A stretch of 64,000 nt of DNA. It comes from Acidobacteriota bacterium. GTDB lineage: Bacteria > Acidobacteriota > UBA890 > WLXD01. Where the stretch lies: the NCBI GenBank assembly GCA_963666055.2, contig CAXWPH010000005.1, positions 1 through 64,000 of the forward strand, read 5' to 3'. The translations under genes were made by a program, and so were the position numbers. The notes below the pieces were generated by a model. It had not been told where the DNA came from and did no database searches. It was given only the letters and a program-made list of their open reading frames with translations. Shown here in pieces: positions 21,582 to 31,810 of this stretch (positions within the stretch are counted from its first letter, which is position 1; every line of letters begins with the position of its first letter).

Positions 21582-21724
21582 AACTGTTCCCTCCGTCGGA
21601 CAGCTCCGGGTACCGTCGGGGCGGATCTTAGGGATGGTTCCGCAGTGAGACAAGTGGGGCGATAACTTTGCGGCTGGGCGGTCAGGCGAGCCTGCTCGGA
21701 ACGCCTACTTTTCCTGCCGCCTAC

Positions 21725-23668
21725 TCACTCCAGGCCGAACGCCAACAGGACGTTGCCCGGTGCGCCGCTGAGGATCGCGTAGCCGGAGCCCACGTACAGC
21801 ATGCCGTCGACGATCGATGGGGCAGCGCCGCCGAAGCCTCCACCGAAGCCCTCGACGCCGTTAATGGTCTCGAAGTCCCGCCGCGTATCGAACTCCCACA
21901 AGATCCCTCCGTCTTCGGTCGAGAACGAGCGCAGCACTCCATCGCGTGAGCCGGTGAAGACAGCGCCGGGGGTGGCGCTCGCCGCCGCCCAGTTGCCAGA
22001 ATGGCACGTCTCGGTCGAATCAGGATCCTCACAGTCGCTGCGTTTGGGGATCGACGTGTGCCAGACACGAGATCCGTCAGCTGCCCGCAGCGCCGCGATA
22101 CTGCCGCTGCCGTCTTCGAACGGTAGCGGCTTGAAATAATACTCGCCGTCGAAGGCGCCACCGAAGCCGCCATTCGGTGCCCCCAGCTCGTCGCCGGCCT
22201 GCGCCACCCACAAGATGGCGCCCTCGTTGTCCGGATCGAGGGCGGTCACTCGCCCGCTCTCCTGCCCCTGAATCAGAATGCGGCGGCCATCCTCGAGCGT
22301 GTGCAGCACGGGCGATCCCGAGGGGTCGTCGTCGCGGCCGTCGACATAGCCGGGGCAGTTGATGCGCTGCTGCTCCGGGGTCATTCCACAGCCGCCGCCA
22401 TGCGGATCATGGGCTTGCAGCTGTGTCCACCAGAGGCGCTCACCACTGTCCATGTCGAACGCGAAGACGGCGTCGCAGGCACCATCGTCGAAGCCGAAGC
22501 GTTCCTCGAAAAACTCGGTGATGTAGCAGTTGCCGGCGGTCGCATAGAGCTTGCGGTTGTCCAGATCGAGCGTCGGCGCGTTCCACACCGCGGCCCCTGC
22601 CGGCCCCCAGAGTTGTGTGCCGGCGGCGTTCTTGCGAAGCGGTTTCGGACGCTCGTGGAAGGTGTAGGTCGCCCACACTTTCTCGCCCGTATTGACGTCG
22701 ACCGCGACGACGCTGCCCTGGAACTTGCAGCATCCGTATTCAATTGCCATCCCGGGAATCTCCTCCCAAGAGGCCACACCGACATATAGATGACCGCCAG
22801 GCGACGGGTCGAGCGTTGGCGGCCCGGTCATCTTGGCGGCTGGATGGTCGTCCGGACGCATCGTCCATAGCTTCTCGCCGGTCTCGGCGTTGACCGCCGT
22901 GACGTAGCCCATGTAGTCGCCGAACATCGCCGCGTAACGCACCCCCGGCAGCTCGGTCACTGCGCCGATGCTCACCGCGGTACGCACCTGCCCGGGCGCC
23001 TCGAACGACCAGTGCACGCAGCCTGTCTTGGCATCGAGCGCATAGACGAAATTGTTGTCGCTACCGATAAACAGCGCTCCGCCCACCACGGTCGGCTGTG
23101 CCCAGGCAGCCGACGCGGCGCCGGGGAACGCGAACGCCCATTTGAGCCTCAGGTCTGAGACCTGTGCACCGGTGAAACCAGCCGCCTCCTGCGGCTGAAA
23201 TCGGTACGACCGAGTCGGGTCCGGAGTCCACCCGTTCCACCCTGGCTGGGCAAAGGGGTCGTCGAGCCGTAGCGGGCTGGCACACCGGTTGCTCATGGCG
23301 GCCGCGGTCCGATCGGCGACGCCGCCGAACGGCTTGCCGGTCACCAGCTCCGCCATCGCCCGTAGCCTCTCCTCGTCGAATCTCGGCACGAACTCGGCCA
23401 TCGGCCCGGTGGTGAGCGCCTGGAGAACGCGCTCTGGGTCCATCAGCCTGAGCGTCTCGCGGCTCGGTGCGCGATTGTCCGGATCCGTGCTCTCGTGGCA
23501 GGTGGCGCAGGCAAGCTCGAAGAACACCACCATGCCGGCGGTGGAGGCGTCGGGCAGGGGCCGTTGCCGCTGCGCCCATGCCGTCGAAGGCGAGGCGTAC
23601 AACGCCAGTGCCAAGACACTGCCAGACATCACCACGGCACTTGTCGAGAGCACAACTCGCCTGAACAT
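21725..23668 (-). CDS. quinohaemoprotein PQQ dehydrogenase (PVA dehydrogenase-like), copy 2
   Basis: CATCH; highly similar tandem paralogue of copy 1. Confidence 0.9.
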   Translation of the reverse strand: MFRRVVLSTSAVVMSGSVLALALYASPSTAWAQRQRPLPDASTAGMVVFFELACATCHESTDPDNRAPSRETLRLMDPERVLQALTTGPMAEFVPRFDEERLRAMAELVTGKPFGGVADRTAAAMSNRCASPLRLDDPFAQPGWNGWTPDPTRSYRFQPQEAAGFTGAQVSDLRLKWAFAFPGAASAAWAQPTVVGGALFIGSDNNFVYALDAKTGCVHWSFEAPGQVRTAVSIGAVTELPGVRYAAMFGDYMGYVTAVNAETGEKLWTMRPDDHPAAKMTGPPTLDPSPGGHLYVGVASWEEIPGMAIEYGCCKFQGSVVAVDVNTGEKVWATYTFHERPKPLRKNAAGTQLWGPAGAAVWNAPTLDLDNRKLYATAGNCYITEFFEERFGFDDGACDAVFAFDMDSGERLWWTQLQAHDPHGGGCGMTPEQQRINCPGYVDGRDDDPSGSPVLHTLEDGRRILIQGQESGRVTALDPDNEGAILWVAQAGDELGAPNGGFGGAFDGEYYFKPLPFEDGSGSIAALRAADGSRVWHTSIPKRSDCEDPDSTETCHSGNWAAASATPGAVFTGSRDGVLRSFSTEDGGILWEFDTRRDFETINGVEGFGGGFGGAAPSIVDGMLYVGSGYAILSGAPGNVLLAFGLE

Positions 23669-23682
23669 CTCTGGACCTCCCT

Positions 23683-23711
23683 CTAGCAGAGTTTCTTCAG
23701 CACCCTGCTAG
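23683..23711. repeat. 29-bp mini element CTAGCAG...CTGCTAG (MITE-like remnant)
   Basis: same terminal 7 nt as the MITE; right CTAG is the aminotransferase stop. Confidence 0.45.
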
Positions 23712-24925
23712 ATCAGCCTGGCCAGAACGCCGAGCAGCCTCTCCACGTCGGCCCGATTGTTGAATAGCGCCACCGCGGCGCGCAGTAGCTTACCGTCTTC
23801 CTGGAATGTGACCGGGACGCGGTCCGCCCTGAGTGCGTTGAGCAGCTTCTCAGAATCCAGCCCATGGTAGAAGCTGACGATCGGCGACGTATTGCCCGGC
23901 GGCGTGAACAAATCGAGGCCGAGCTCGGCGACTCCGGCGCGCAGCTCGCCCGCAAGCGCCACGGTGTGCCGCTCGATGCGATCGAGCCCCACCTCCTCGA
24001 GCACGGTCAGCGCTGCGTCCATGGCGGCCATGGCACCATACGACACGTTGGCATATTCGAACTTCTCGGCTGTTGTCTTGAGACGAAAGTGATGATCCGG
24101 AAGGATCTCGGCGACCTGACCGTGGCCGTAGCGGTCGGGTGCCATCCACTCGAGGTGCTCCCGGCGAACGTACAGAGGTGCACAGCCGAAGTCGGCGAAC
24201 AGCCACTTGTAACCGTTGCCGCAGGCGAAATCGGCACCCTCGTCGTGGAGATTCGTCGCGAAGGTCCCGAAGGCCTGAATCGCGTCGGCGTAGAGGTAGG
24301 CGCCATTGGCGTGGGCAAGCTCACCGAGCGACGGCAGGTGGTGGCGAAATCCGTTGCGGTTCGAGACCCAGGCGACGCTGATCAATCGCGTGCGGCCGTC
24401 GACACGGGCCTCGAAGTCCTCGATGCGCGCCCGTCCGCCATGCGAAGGCACGATGCGCAACTCGACTCCGGCGCGCTTCTCGAGCTCGCGATAGAGGACG
24501 AAGCTGGTGGTGAAATGAAGCTCATCGAGCACGACGTTGTCGCCCGCTTTCCAGTCCAGGGCGCCGACCACGACGTTTTCGCCGTCGCTGGTGGCGTAGA
24601 GAAACGCGATCTCGTCCTCGTCGGCACCGAACAGCGCGGCGAACTTGGCCCGGGCGCGCTCTTTGGCCGCGCGCCCCCGGCTCGCCGGGTTCCGGTAGAG
24701 CATCTTCTCGTCCGCGTACGCCACCATGGCGTCGCGAACGGTTCGCGACAGCGGGCCCAGCGACGCGGTGTTGAGGTAGGCGAGCTCGTCCGTGACCGGG
24801 AACTCGGAACGCACCCCGAGCGGATCGTCCTCGGACGGCGAGGCGAGCCCGCGTGTCGTCGGCAGCGCCGCGAATCCGGCGACGGCGGTCGTTCTCAGGA
24901 AGTTGCGACGGTTCAAAGTGCTCAC
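23708..24925 (-). CDS. Tat-exported class V PLP aminotransferase
   Basis: RRNFL; YLNTASLGP; DAIQAFG; GYKWL. Confidence 0.9.
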   Translation of the reverse strand: MSTLNRRNFLRTTAVAGFAALPTTRGLASPSEDDPLGVRSEFPVTDELAYLNTASLGPLSRTVRDAMVAYADEKMLYRNPASRGRAAKERARAKFAALFGADEDEIAFLYATSDGENVVVGALDWKAGDNVVLDELHFTTSFVLYRELEKRAGVELRIVPSHGGRARIEDFEARVDGRTRLISVAWVSNRNGFRHHLPSLGELAHANGAYLYADAIQAFGTFATNLHDEGADFACGNGYKWLFADFGCAPLYVRREHLEWMAPDRYGHGQVAEILPDHHFRLKTTAEKFEYANVSYGAMAAMDAALTVLEEVGLDRIERHTVALAGELRAGVAELGLDLFTPPGNTSPIVSFYHGLDSEKLLNALRADRVPVTFQEDGKLLRAAVALFNNRADVERLLGVLARLI

Positions 24926-24968
24926 GAGGATCTCTCCCGACTGGGTACCTGGCTCGAGTATCTTTCTG

Positions 24969-27221
24969 CTAGACCTGCTCGCGGCGCACGCGGTCTTGCC
25001 AACGGCGCGTCCGTACCACCTCGTCGTTGTCGAACAGCGTGCATTCGATGTCCAGCGTGAACGAATCAGCGTCGCTGCTGAGCTTGCCGTCGGCACGGGC
25101 GTCGATGCGGCGGTTACCGTCGGTACCGGTGTACGTGCCCTTGAACTCGACCGAGGCAACTGCCGGGTCATTCTCGTTGACACGACACCAGATGCGATCG
25201 GCTCCTTGCTCGTAGTTGCCAAGCTCGAAGTAGGCTGTGTGGTCACCCGTAGCGACGTCCTGGATTCGCCGGTAGACCTGCACGTTATCGCTTTCCGCCG
25301 CCGCCGACCTGGGATCGTCCTCCGGCAGCAGGTGTAGCTCCGCCGCCCCGTAGGGTTGCTGTTGAAGAACCGGCAGGTCGACATGCGACGGACGATCGCC
25401 GCCGGTGTAGAGGGTCGTCGTCATCAGATGCGGCGAGGGCCAGATCACCGGGAAGTCGGCGTTGGTCACCACCACGCGAATGCGATGGCCGGGCTCGAAG
25501 GTGTAGCCGACACACCAGAGCTCGACCTCGATCTCGTAGACTTCGCCCGGGGCGAGGGGCGCGGGATTGCGGTGCGAGGTGCGGTGGGTGCCGTTGAGAT
25601 AGCCACGCGACACCAGGTACGAGGTGCCGTCGGCGGCGACGTCGTTGAGCCTGACGATCCAGGTGGCAACCGGAGCCGTGCACGACACGAACAGGCGAGC
25701 CTTGGTGAACCCCAGAATTTCCAGCGGCTGGCGCAGTGGCTCGGTGTCGAAAGCGAGGCCGTAGGTGTCCTCGGCGCGATGGTCGATACCGTAGTAACCC
25801 TCGCCGCGCGTCGGGCCGAACGACTGCCCCCATCCACCCGTTGCCGGGTGATAGCGCAGCGCCAGAGCGGACGCTTCCCCGGACATCTGCGCCAGCTGCC
25901 CGCCGCTGCTGAGAGTGGCGTCGGTGGCCAGCGCCGCGCCTGACGCCTCGGCCAAAGGCAGCTGCGGTTCCGGCCGCAGATAGAACCGCTCCGTGGGTTC
26001 GAATGCCGTGTCGGGCCATTCGTCAAGGTGTCGCCACTCGCCCGGCACGATGCCCTTGTACCGGAAGCTCTGAGGTTGCCAGCGCGGCATGTAGAACGAC
26101 GCCCGGGGCTCGCGGTCGATGCCGTTGTCGATTCCCTTGAGCCAGCGGTCGAACCACTTCAGGCGCATGGCGTCCCAGTCCATCAGTGGGCCGGGGCCGC
26201 CGTTGTGGTGCCAGGGCCCCAGCACTCCTCGGGTGACGGCGGGGGAGTTCCTCATGATGCGCGGCACGAAGTTCTGGTAGATGTCGAGGTAGCCGCCGCC
26301 AAGGAACGTCGGCGTTGTCAGCCGGCCGTAGTCCGGCGCCAGGGAGCCGTGCTCCCAGTACGGGCCGTACCGCTGGTGATGCAGGAAGCCCTGCAGCCAT
26401 GGGGGGGTGTCCCAGCGGTCCATCGAGGCCTGGCTGTACAGCGGGTAGTCCGGGGCACCCGGCATGGAGTTCGACGCCACCATGCCGATGGCCCAGGAGT
26501 TGTCGACCATCAACATGGCGCCACCGGGGAAGTGGATGTCGTCGGTGTAGCGGGTGTCGTTGCCGTTGAGCACGAAGATGGCCTTCAGGGCGGGGGGCTG
26601 GATCGCTGCCGCAACCCACACGGTGTTGATCGCCGAGTAGGAGCCGCCATACATACCGATGTTGCCGTTGCACCAGGGCTGCTTGGACAGCCAGTCGATG
26701 ATGTGGGCGGTGTCCTCGTGCTCCTGGGCGGAGTACTCGTCGAGCGGCGTGCCCTCGGAGCCGCCGGTGCCCCGGACGTCGACGAAGAGCGACGCGTAGC
26801 CGTGGTGCGCCAGGTAGTTGTCGGCGTTCGGAGTGGCGCGATACGGCCTGACGCCCACTAGGCCCGGGACCTTGTGGCCACCGGACAGCGACGCGGGGAG
26901 GTAGAGGAAAGCGTGCAGGCGCACCCCGTCGGGCATCGCCAGCCGCAGGCTCTCGAGGTACACGCCCGGCATCATCTCCGGCAGAGTGGTCCAGGGGCCG
27001 CGCGACACGCGGACGTTTCCGGCGTCGACAGCCCGCAGCGACTCTTGCGCGACCGGGCGCCATGCGCCGGCGTGCCAGGCGCCGAGCTCGCCAGAGATTA
27101 GGCCGCCGCCGGCGAGCAGTCCTGCCCGGCCCAAGAAGAGACGTCGGGAACCGTCGAACACGTGCCCATGCTCCTGCGTACTGGCCCCTCGGGGCGAGGA
27201 TGTCGGCTGGGCGGTATGCAA
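24969..27221 (-). CDS. CocE/NonD family serine hydrolase
   Basis: RRLFL Tat-like motif; VDVRGTGGSEG; GGSYSA; GPWHH. Confidence 0.92.
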   Translation of the reverse strand: MHTAQPTSSPRGASTQEHGHVFDGSRRLFLGRAGLLAGGGLISGELGAWHAGAWRPVAQESLRAVDAGNVRVSRGPWTTLPEMMPGVYLESLRLAMPDGVRLHAFLYLPASLSGGHKVPGLVGVRPYRATPNADNYLAHHGYASLFVDVRGTGGSEGTPLDEYSAQEHEDTAHIIDWLSKQPWCNGNIGMYGGSYSAINTVWVAAAIQPPALKAIFVLNGNDTRYTDDIHFPGGAMLMVDNSWAIGMVASNSMPGAPDYPLYSQASMDRWDTPPWLQGFLHHQRYGPYWEHGSLAPDYGRLTTPTFLGGGYLDIYQNFVPRIMRNSPAVTRGVLGPWHHNGGPGPLMDWDAMRLKWFDRWLKGIDNGIDREPRASFYMPRWQPQSFRYKGIVPGEWRHLDEWPDTAFEPTERFYLRPEPQLPLAEASGAALATDATLSSGGQLAQMSGEASALALRYHPATGGWGQSFGPTRGEGYYGIDHRAEDTYGLAFDTEPLRQPLEILGFTKARLFVSCTAPVATWIVRLNDVAADGTSYLVSRGYLNGTHRTSHRNPAPLAPGEVYEIEVELWCVGYTFEPGHRIRVVVTNADFPVIWPSPHLMTTTLYTGGDRPSHVDLPVLQQQPYGAAELHLLPEDDPRSAAAESDNVQVYRRIQDVATGDHTAYFELGNYEQGADRIWCRVNENDPAVASVEFKGTYTGTDGNRRIDARADGKLSSDADSFTLDIECTLFDNDEVVRTRRWQDRVRREQV

Positions 27222-27316
27222 CCACGAATCCCCGACCGTCTCCAGGGATGCGTGGCGAGCAGCTGGCGAGGGTCTGTGCGGTAGTCAAGTGACTATCATG
27301 CGATCGACCGTAGCTC

Positions 27317-28801
27317 CTACAGATCCATCACCGCTTCAATGTCGGGATCGAGCCGCGGCGGCGGGCTGAGGCTCGAGATCCCCAGGAAGAGGGTGAGCGA
27401 AACAGCCAGCGAGAAAGCCCCGACGTCGATGTTGAACGGCATTGTCATGCCCGCCGCCTTTACCCCGAAGTTGATCACCAGGCTGGTGATGACGGCGACG
27501 TTGGCCGCCAGCGGGGTGGCACGTTTCCAGTTCAAGCCGATAGCAACGACCGGGACCAGCGCGGCGGCGAAGGTGCCCCAGCCGAAGGCTCCGAGCAGGG
27601 CCACCAGGTCGCCTGTGTAGAGAGCGAACATAGCCGCCGCCACAGCGATTACCACGGTTGTGACGCGTGCCCACAGCAGCTCGTGCTTCAGGGCGGACCC
27701 CTTCAGGGCCTTCGGGAGATCGTGCACTACAGCGGCGGTGCCGATGTTCAGAAACCCGTCGGCGGTAGACATGATGGCAGCGAAGAGTCCGGCGAAGACG
27801 ACCCCGGCGAGCAGGGGATGGGCGTACTGCTGGAGGAACTGAGGTGCGGCGGCGTCCGGAGTAGCGAGGACGGGATGGGCGCCGCTCACCACCAGCGCTC
27901 GCATCACCAGGCCGATGCTGATCCACAACAATCCCGCAACCAGGAAGCCCAACGCCGCCACCGGCAGGATGTGGCGCGCGTCGCGGATGCGTTTGTTCAT
28001 CATCATCTTGGTGATCACATGAGGCTGTCCTGCTCCGCCGAGGCCGAAGACGAAGAACCAAGACAGGCACCCGATCATCCCCAACGTCCCCCACGGACTG
28101 ATGGCTTCGGGATCGTCGGCCAGGATGACCTGGTTCATCTCGGTGATCCCGCCATCGAAGGTGAAGGCAACCGTCAGGAACACGAGCACGGCTGCAACCA
28201 CCATCACCGCACCCTGGATCAGATCGGTGTAGACCGAGGCGACGATGCCGCCAGCTACCGAGTAGAAGACCAGTACCGCGCAGGAGACGAGCACGCACAT
28301 CTCCAGGCTGATGGCCGGCAGCGCGGCCGATTCGCGCAGGATGTCCTGCAAGACGACGGCCATCGCCAGCATCTGTGTGGCCAGGTAGCCCATCACCCCC
28401 AGCAAGATCGCCACCGAAACCCAGGCGCGTACCGATTCGCTCCGGTAGCGTGCCGCCACCACATCCGGCAACGACATACAGTTTCGAAGCTCGGCGAAAA
28501 GGCGGATGCGCTTGGCGAGTAGCGAAAAGGAGATCAGGTAGCCGACCGTGCTGCACACCACCATCCAGACCGAGCTCATGCCCATGCGGTAGACGAGCCC
28601 CGGCCCGCCGACGAACCCGAAGCCGCTCATGGTGCTGGAGAAGACGGCGAAGGCCGTCAGCATTACCCCGAGGTCGCGCCCGGCCATGAAGAAATCATGG
28701 GTGGAACGAGTCCTGCGCAGCGCCCACACGCCCACCGCCACGCAGATCAGCATGTAGCCGCCCACCGACACCAGGATGATTGCGTCGCGAGCTGCTTCCA
28801 T
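27317..28801 (-). CDS. sodium:solute symporter (PutP-like)
   Basis: FFMAGR, SGFGFVGGPG, GQPH, AAIMSTAD; many TM helices. Confidence 0.93.
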   Translation of the reverse strand: MEAARDAIILVSVGGYMLICVAVGVWALRRTRSTHDFFMAGRDLGVMLTAFAVFSSTMSGFGFVGGPGLVYRMGMSSVWMVVCSTVGYLISFSLLAKRIRLFAELRNCMSLPDVVAARYRSESVRAWVSVAILLGVMGYLATQMLAMAVVLQDILRESAALPAISLEMCVLVSCAVLVFYSVAGGIVASVYTDLIQGAVMVVAAVLVFLTVAFTFDGGITEMNQVILADDPEAISPWGTLGMIGCLSWFFVFGLGGAGQPHVITKMMMNKRIRDARHILPVAALGFLVAGLLWISIGLVMRALVVSGAHPVLATPDAAAPQFLQQYAHPLLAGVVFAGLFAAIMSTADGFLNIGTAAVVHDLPKALKGSALKHELLWARVTTVVIAVAAAMFALYTGDLVALLGAFGWGTFAAALVPVVAIGLNWKRATPLAANVAVITSLVINFGVKAAGMTMPFNIDVGAFSLAVSLTLFLGISSLSPPPRLDPDIEAVMDL

Positions 28802-29382
28802 CAGGTGGTCCCACCTTGCCGTCGGTTCTCTTCGACAAGCTTCCGGAACCGCTCCAAGTCTTCCCCGGTGAGGACCCAGCGGTCGAACCTGACCATGTAG
28901 AGGACCACGAGGAGCAGCGGGAAATGCCACATCCCGTAGAGCATCCAGGCCGTCGGCAGCGGAAATCCGCCGAAGAAGGCTGCTTCCGAGGGGCTCTTCG
29001 TATACGTGGCGTAGGTCACCGTCATAGCGGTGAACACGAGCGCGTATACGACGAAGCCGATCATTATCAAACGGCTCAGCGGCGTGCCGGCGTCTTGTTT
29101 GCGAAGGCCGATCCACACGCCGGTGGCCATCACCGCGAGTATCAACAGGCCCATGCCATAGCCGAGCCAGAGCGCCTCCGGTCGATCGGCGAGTCCGCCG
29201 GTGCTTTGCAACACGGAGGCCGCATCGGGGTGGAGCCGAGCCGTCGGCTGCATTGCGGCAGGTAGCCAGCGGCTCACCCACATGACCAGCACGAGTGCCG
29301 CTGATAGGCCCAGCAGAACGCGAATGCCGCCGTTGGGTATAGCCTGGGCGCTGGCGCCAGAGGTTGGGGGTCCGTCGCTCAC
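28801..29382 (-). CDS. membrane protein translationally coupled to the symporter
   Basis: hydrophobic segments; TGATG overlap. Confidence 0.7.
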   Translation of the reverse strand: MSDGPPTSGASAQAIPNGGIRVLLGLSAALVLVMWVSRWLPAAMQPTARLHPDAASVLQSTGGLADRPEALWLGYGMGLLILAVMATGVWIGLRKQDAGTPLSRLIMIGFVVYALVFTAMTVTYATYTKSPSEAAFFGGFPLPTAWMLYGMWHFPLLLVVLYMVRFDRWVLTGEDLERFRKLVEENRRQGGTT

Positions 29383-29529
29383 CGGCTACGGCCGAGCGTG
29401 GCGTGGCTGGTACACACCGATGTCGCCGCCGCCACGATCGCGTATGCGCCGTTGATCATTTTCGGTCGTCCTCGTTCTGTTGGCCGAATCTCTTGCGCGA
29501 CTGCACAGGCGACTGGCATGGAATCGGTG

Positions 29530-30264
29530 TCAGCTTCCGACAGAGCCTTTGGTGACGGGCGATAGCCGCTTCTTGAGGTAGTCGCTCGTCAGGTGCTTGA
29601 GCACGTCGGTGGGTTCGCAGCTGGTATTGCCGTAGTCGACGTGCACCGGACCGATCGCCTTGACTGCCTTGATGGCGGCCTTGTTCAGCTTGCGGCTGCG
29701 CTTGCCGATCCCCATGAGCGCCGCGAGCATGGAGTCCTTCACCCAGTTTTCCTCGCCGTGAATCGACTCCTGGATGCAATCGATGTGGGCGAGAAAGAAG
29801 GCGTCGTCCGGGGCGCTCTTCCTTTTGTCCTTGGAGGCCTCGTACAGCAACGAGTAGCCGCAACGGCGACGTGCGGCGTCCTTCCTGTTGACCCACTCAG
29901 CGGCGAGATCGACGGCGAACGGCGCCTTGGCCAGCGTCGCGTCGCAGGACGCGAACACATGAGCGAGCATGCCGCCGTCGAGCTCCTCGACCTGCTGCTC
30001 GGCCTGTTCGCGCGTCATCTGCTTGGGCTCGTCGATCAGCAGGCCGATTACCTTGGCGTCGTACACGTTGCCCCTCCACAGCGTACTGGCCAGCTTGCGA
30101 TCGTGGCCAATCTGCTTGGCGAGCTTGCGCAGCTGTGTCAGGCCGATGCCGTAGCTCTTCAGGCCTGCGGTGTCGGAACCCAGCTTCTTCCAGTGCTGCA
30201 CGCCGCGTTCGTTCTGGTTTGCTTTGAGGAGCGCCAGAACCTCCGTCTTGGTCATCTCCGCCAA
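29530..30264 (-). CDS. DNA alkylation repair (AlkD-like HEAT repeat) protein
   Basis: YGIGLTQLRKLAKQIG...LASTLW; IGPVHVDYGNTSC. Confidence 0.85.
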   Translation of the reverse strand: MAEMTKTEVLALLKANQNERGVQHWKKLGSDTAGLKSYGIGLTQLRKLAKQIGHDRKLASTLWRGNVYDAKVIGLLIDEPKQMTREQAEQQVEELDGGMLAHVFASCDATLAKAPFAVDLAAEWVNRKDAARRRCGYSLLYEASKDKRKSAPDDAFFLAHIDCIQESIHGEENWVKDSMLAALMGIGKRSRKLNKAAIKAVKAIGPVHVDYGNTSCEPTDVLKHLTSDYLKKRLSPVTKGSVGS

Positions 30265-30499
30265 TCCTCCGAGTCGGTGAGCCCGCCTGCGGTCAGGCGA
30301 TGTGTTTGGCCAGCCGCGCCGCCCGAGCGCCCAGTCTCAGCGTCGGGTGGATCTCGCGCTCCAGAACCGTTCTGCTGCCGCTCCCGACACACCTCAGACG
30401 TCCAACTTGCCGGTACGTTCAGCGTTCACCGGCAGATCGGGATCGCTGACGAACGCCAAGAGCGCGTCCCCCATGCAGGTCGCGCCGAACCCATCGGGA

Positions 30500-31012
30500 C
30501 TATTTCGGATCTCGATCACCCAACGGCCCAACGCCGCCCCTGTACCTGACGTCCTGCAGTTGCACGCGGATGCCGTCGGGATCAGTGAAGTACAGCTCTT
30601 TGGTTTCGCCTCGAAGGCGGATGTTGGCGTCCACACCGCGGTCGATGAGCGCCTGGCGTACGGCCTCGGCATTGAAGCTCTCGAGGCCGAGGCAGAAGTG
30701 GTGGATTGACCCGGCGGAGTCTGTCGGGGCCGGATAGATGCCGAGAAAGCCCGATTCGGTATCGAGGTTGATACCCGGATCCTGACGGGTCAGCACAGGC
30801 ATGCCGAACAGATCCTGGTAGAACTCCGTGGACCGGGAGACGCTCTGAGCGAAGATCGTCACGTGGTTTAGTTGCTTGGCCGCACCGATCTCCGGCTGCC
30901 CCTGCGCGGTGCGCGGCGCGCCGATGAATGCGGTGAGCGTGCCCAGTAGTTCACGGCGCGAGATGTGGCCGCTCTCGTAACGGCTGAGCAACTGATCGAG
31001 ATCGAGACTCAT
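30500..31012 (-). CDS. VOC family protein (Tat-like signal)
   Basis: SRRELL; LNHVTI; IHHFCLG; YFTDPDGIRVQL. Confidence 0.88.
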   Translation of the reverse strand: MSLDLDQLLSRYESGHISRRELLGTLTAFIGAPRTAQGQPEIGAAKQLNHVTIFAQSVSRSTEFYQDLFGMPVLTRQDPGINLDTESGFLGIYPAPTDSAGSIHHFCLGLESFNAEAVRQALIDRGVDANIRLRGETKELYFTDPDGIRVQLQDVRYRGGVGPLGDRDPK

Positions 31013-31034
31013 CGGACTCTCCTGGTCTCCGCGG

Positions 31035-31724
31035 TCACCGTACTTCCACGAACGCCAAGCTCACGGGAGCGGGGCCTGGGTTGCGAAGCTCGTATTGCGC
31101 TTCTGTGTCCTGGACGAAGAACCCACCGCGCACCGCCGCTTCGGCCGTACGGCCGCGCTGCGACGCCACCACGAGTCCTTCGGTGACCACTACAGCAACC
31201 ACCGGGCGAGCGGAACGGTCCCACAGAACGCGTTGACCGGGTTCCAGCGTCAATCGAGAAACGCGGAACCAGCGGCTCTCTGCTTCGAGACTCCCGATCA
31301 TCGCCGGGGCCGAGAAGGAGCCAGCGGCTGCGCCCGGCCCGTAGTTGATGATTCCCATCAAACGGAAAAGGCTCGGGCCCACGGTGGTGACTCGGTGAGT
31401 CAATGGCTCGGTAGCGTAGCTCAGGTTCCAGGTGACCTGACCCGGCCTCCAGGCAGGGTCAGCTGAAGCGTCGGGTTCTCCCCACTCGCCGTCGAGTGGC
31501 TGTGTGTTTACTGCGGAGGCATCGATGGCTACATAGGCGATCGGTGCATCGTGCGTGTGGAAGAGCGTCGTGTCCCCCGACGCGAGTCGAATATCGAGAA
31601 CGCGGAAGTCGTCACCATCGCGGACAAGATGGTGACGCGGCTCCTCGTGAACGGGTACGACCGTCTGGCCGGGCGCGGGCGCCGCCACCACAGCCAGGAG
31701 AATCGCCAGGAGTAGCCGGGGCAT
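31035..31724 (-). CDS. secreted cupin-like protein
   Basis: signal peptide; VHEEPRHHLV; TLFHTH. Confidence 0.75.
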   Translation of the reverse strand: MPRLLLAILLAVVAAPAPGQTVVPVHEEPRHHLVRDGDDFRVLDIRLASGDTTLFHTHDAPIAYVAIDASAVNTQPLDGEWGEPDASADPAWRPGQVTWNLSYATEPLTHRVTTVGPSLFRLMGIINYGPGAAAGSFSAPAMIGSLEAESRWFRVSRLTLEPGQRVLWDRSARPVVAVVVTEGLVVASQRGRTAEAAVRGGFFVQDTEAQYELRNPGPAPVSLAFVEVR

Positions 31725-31790
31725 GAGCTCTACGGCGCCTGTCCGAAGCCGCGCCAGTGGCCAGCGGAGTCTCGTACAGCGTCGCGCATC

Positions 31791-31806
31791 CACCACGGCC
31801 TGCTAG
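31791..31806. repeat. isolated MITE terminal repeat (CACCACGGCCTGCTAG)
   Basis: identical to the outer 16 nt of the MITE TIR. Confidence 0.8.
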
Positions 31807-31810
31807 CCCC

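Noticed and set aside
23708-24925. Class V aminotransferase as a selenocysteine lyase linked to the selenoproteins
   Set aside because: No recognisable catalytic Cys loop, it carries a Tat signal, and it is not adjacent to them.
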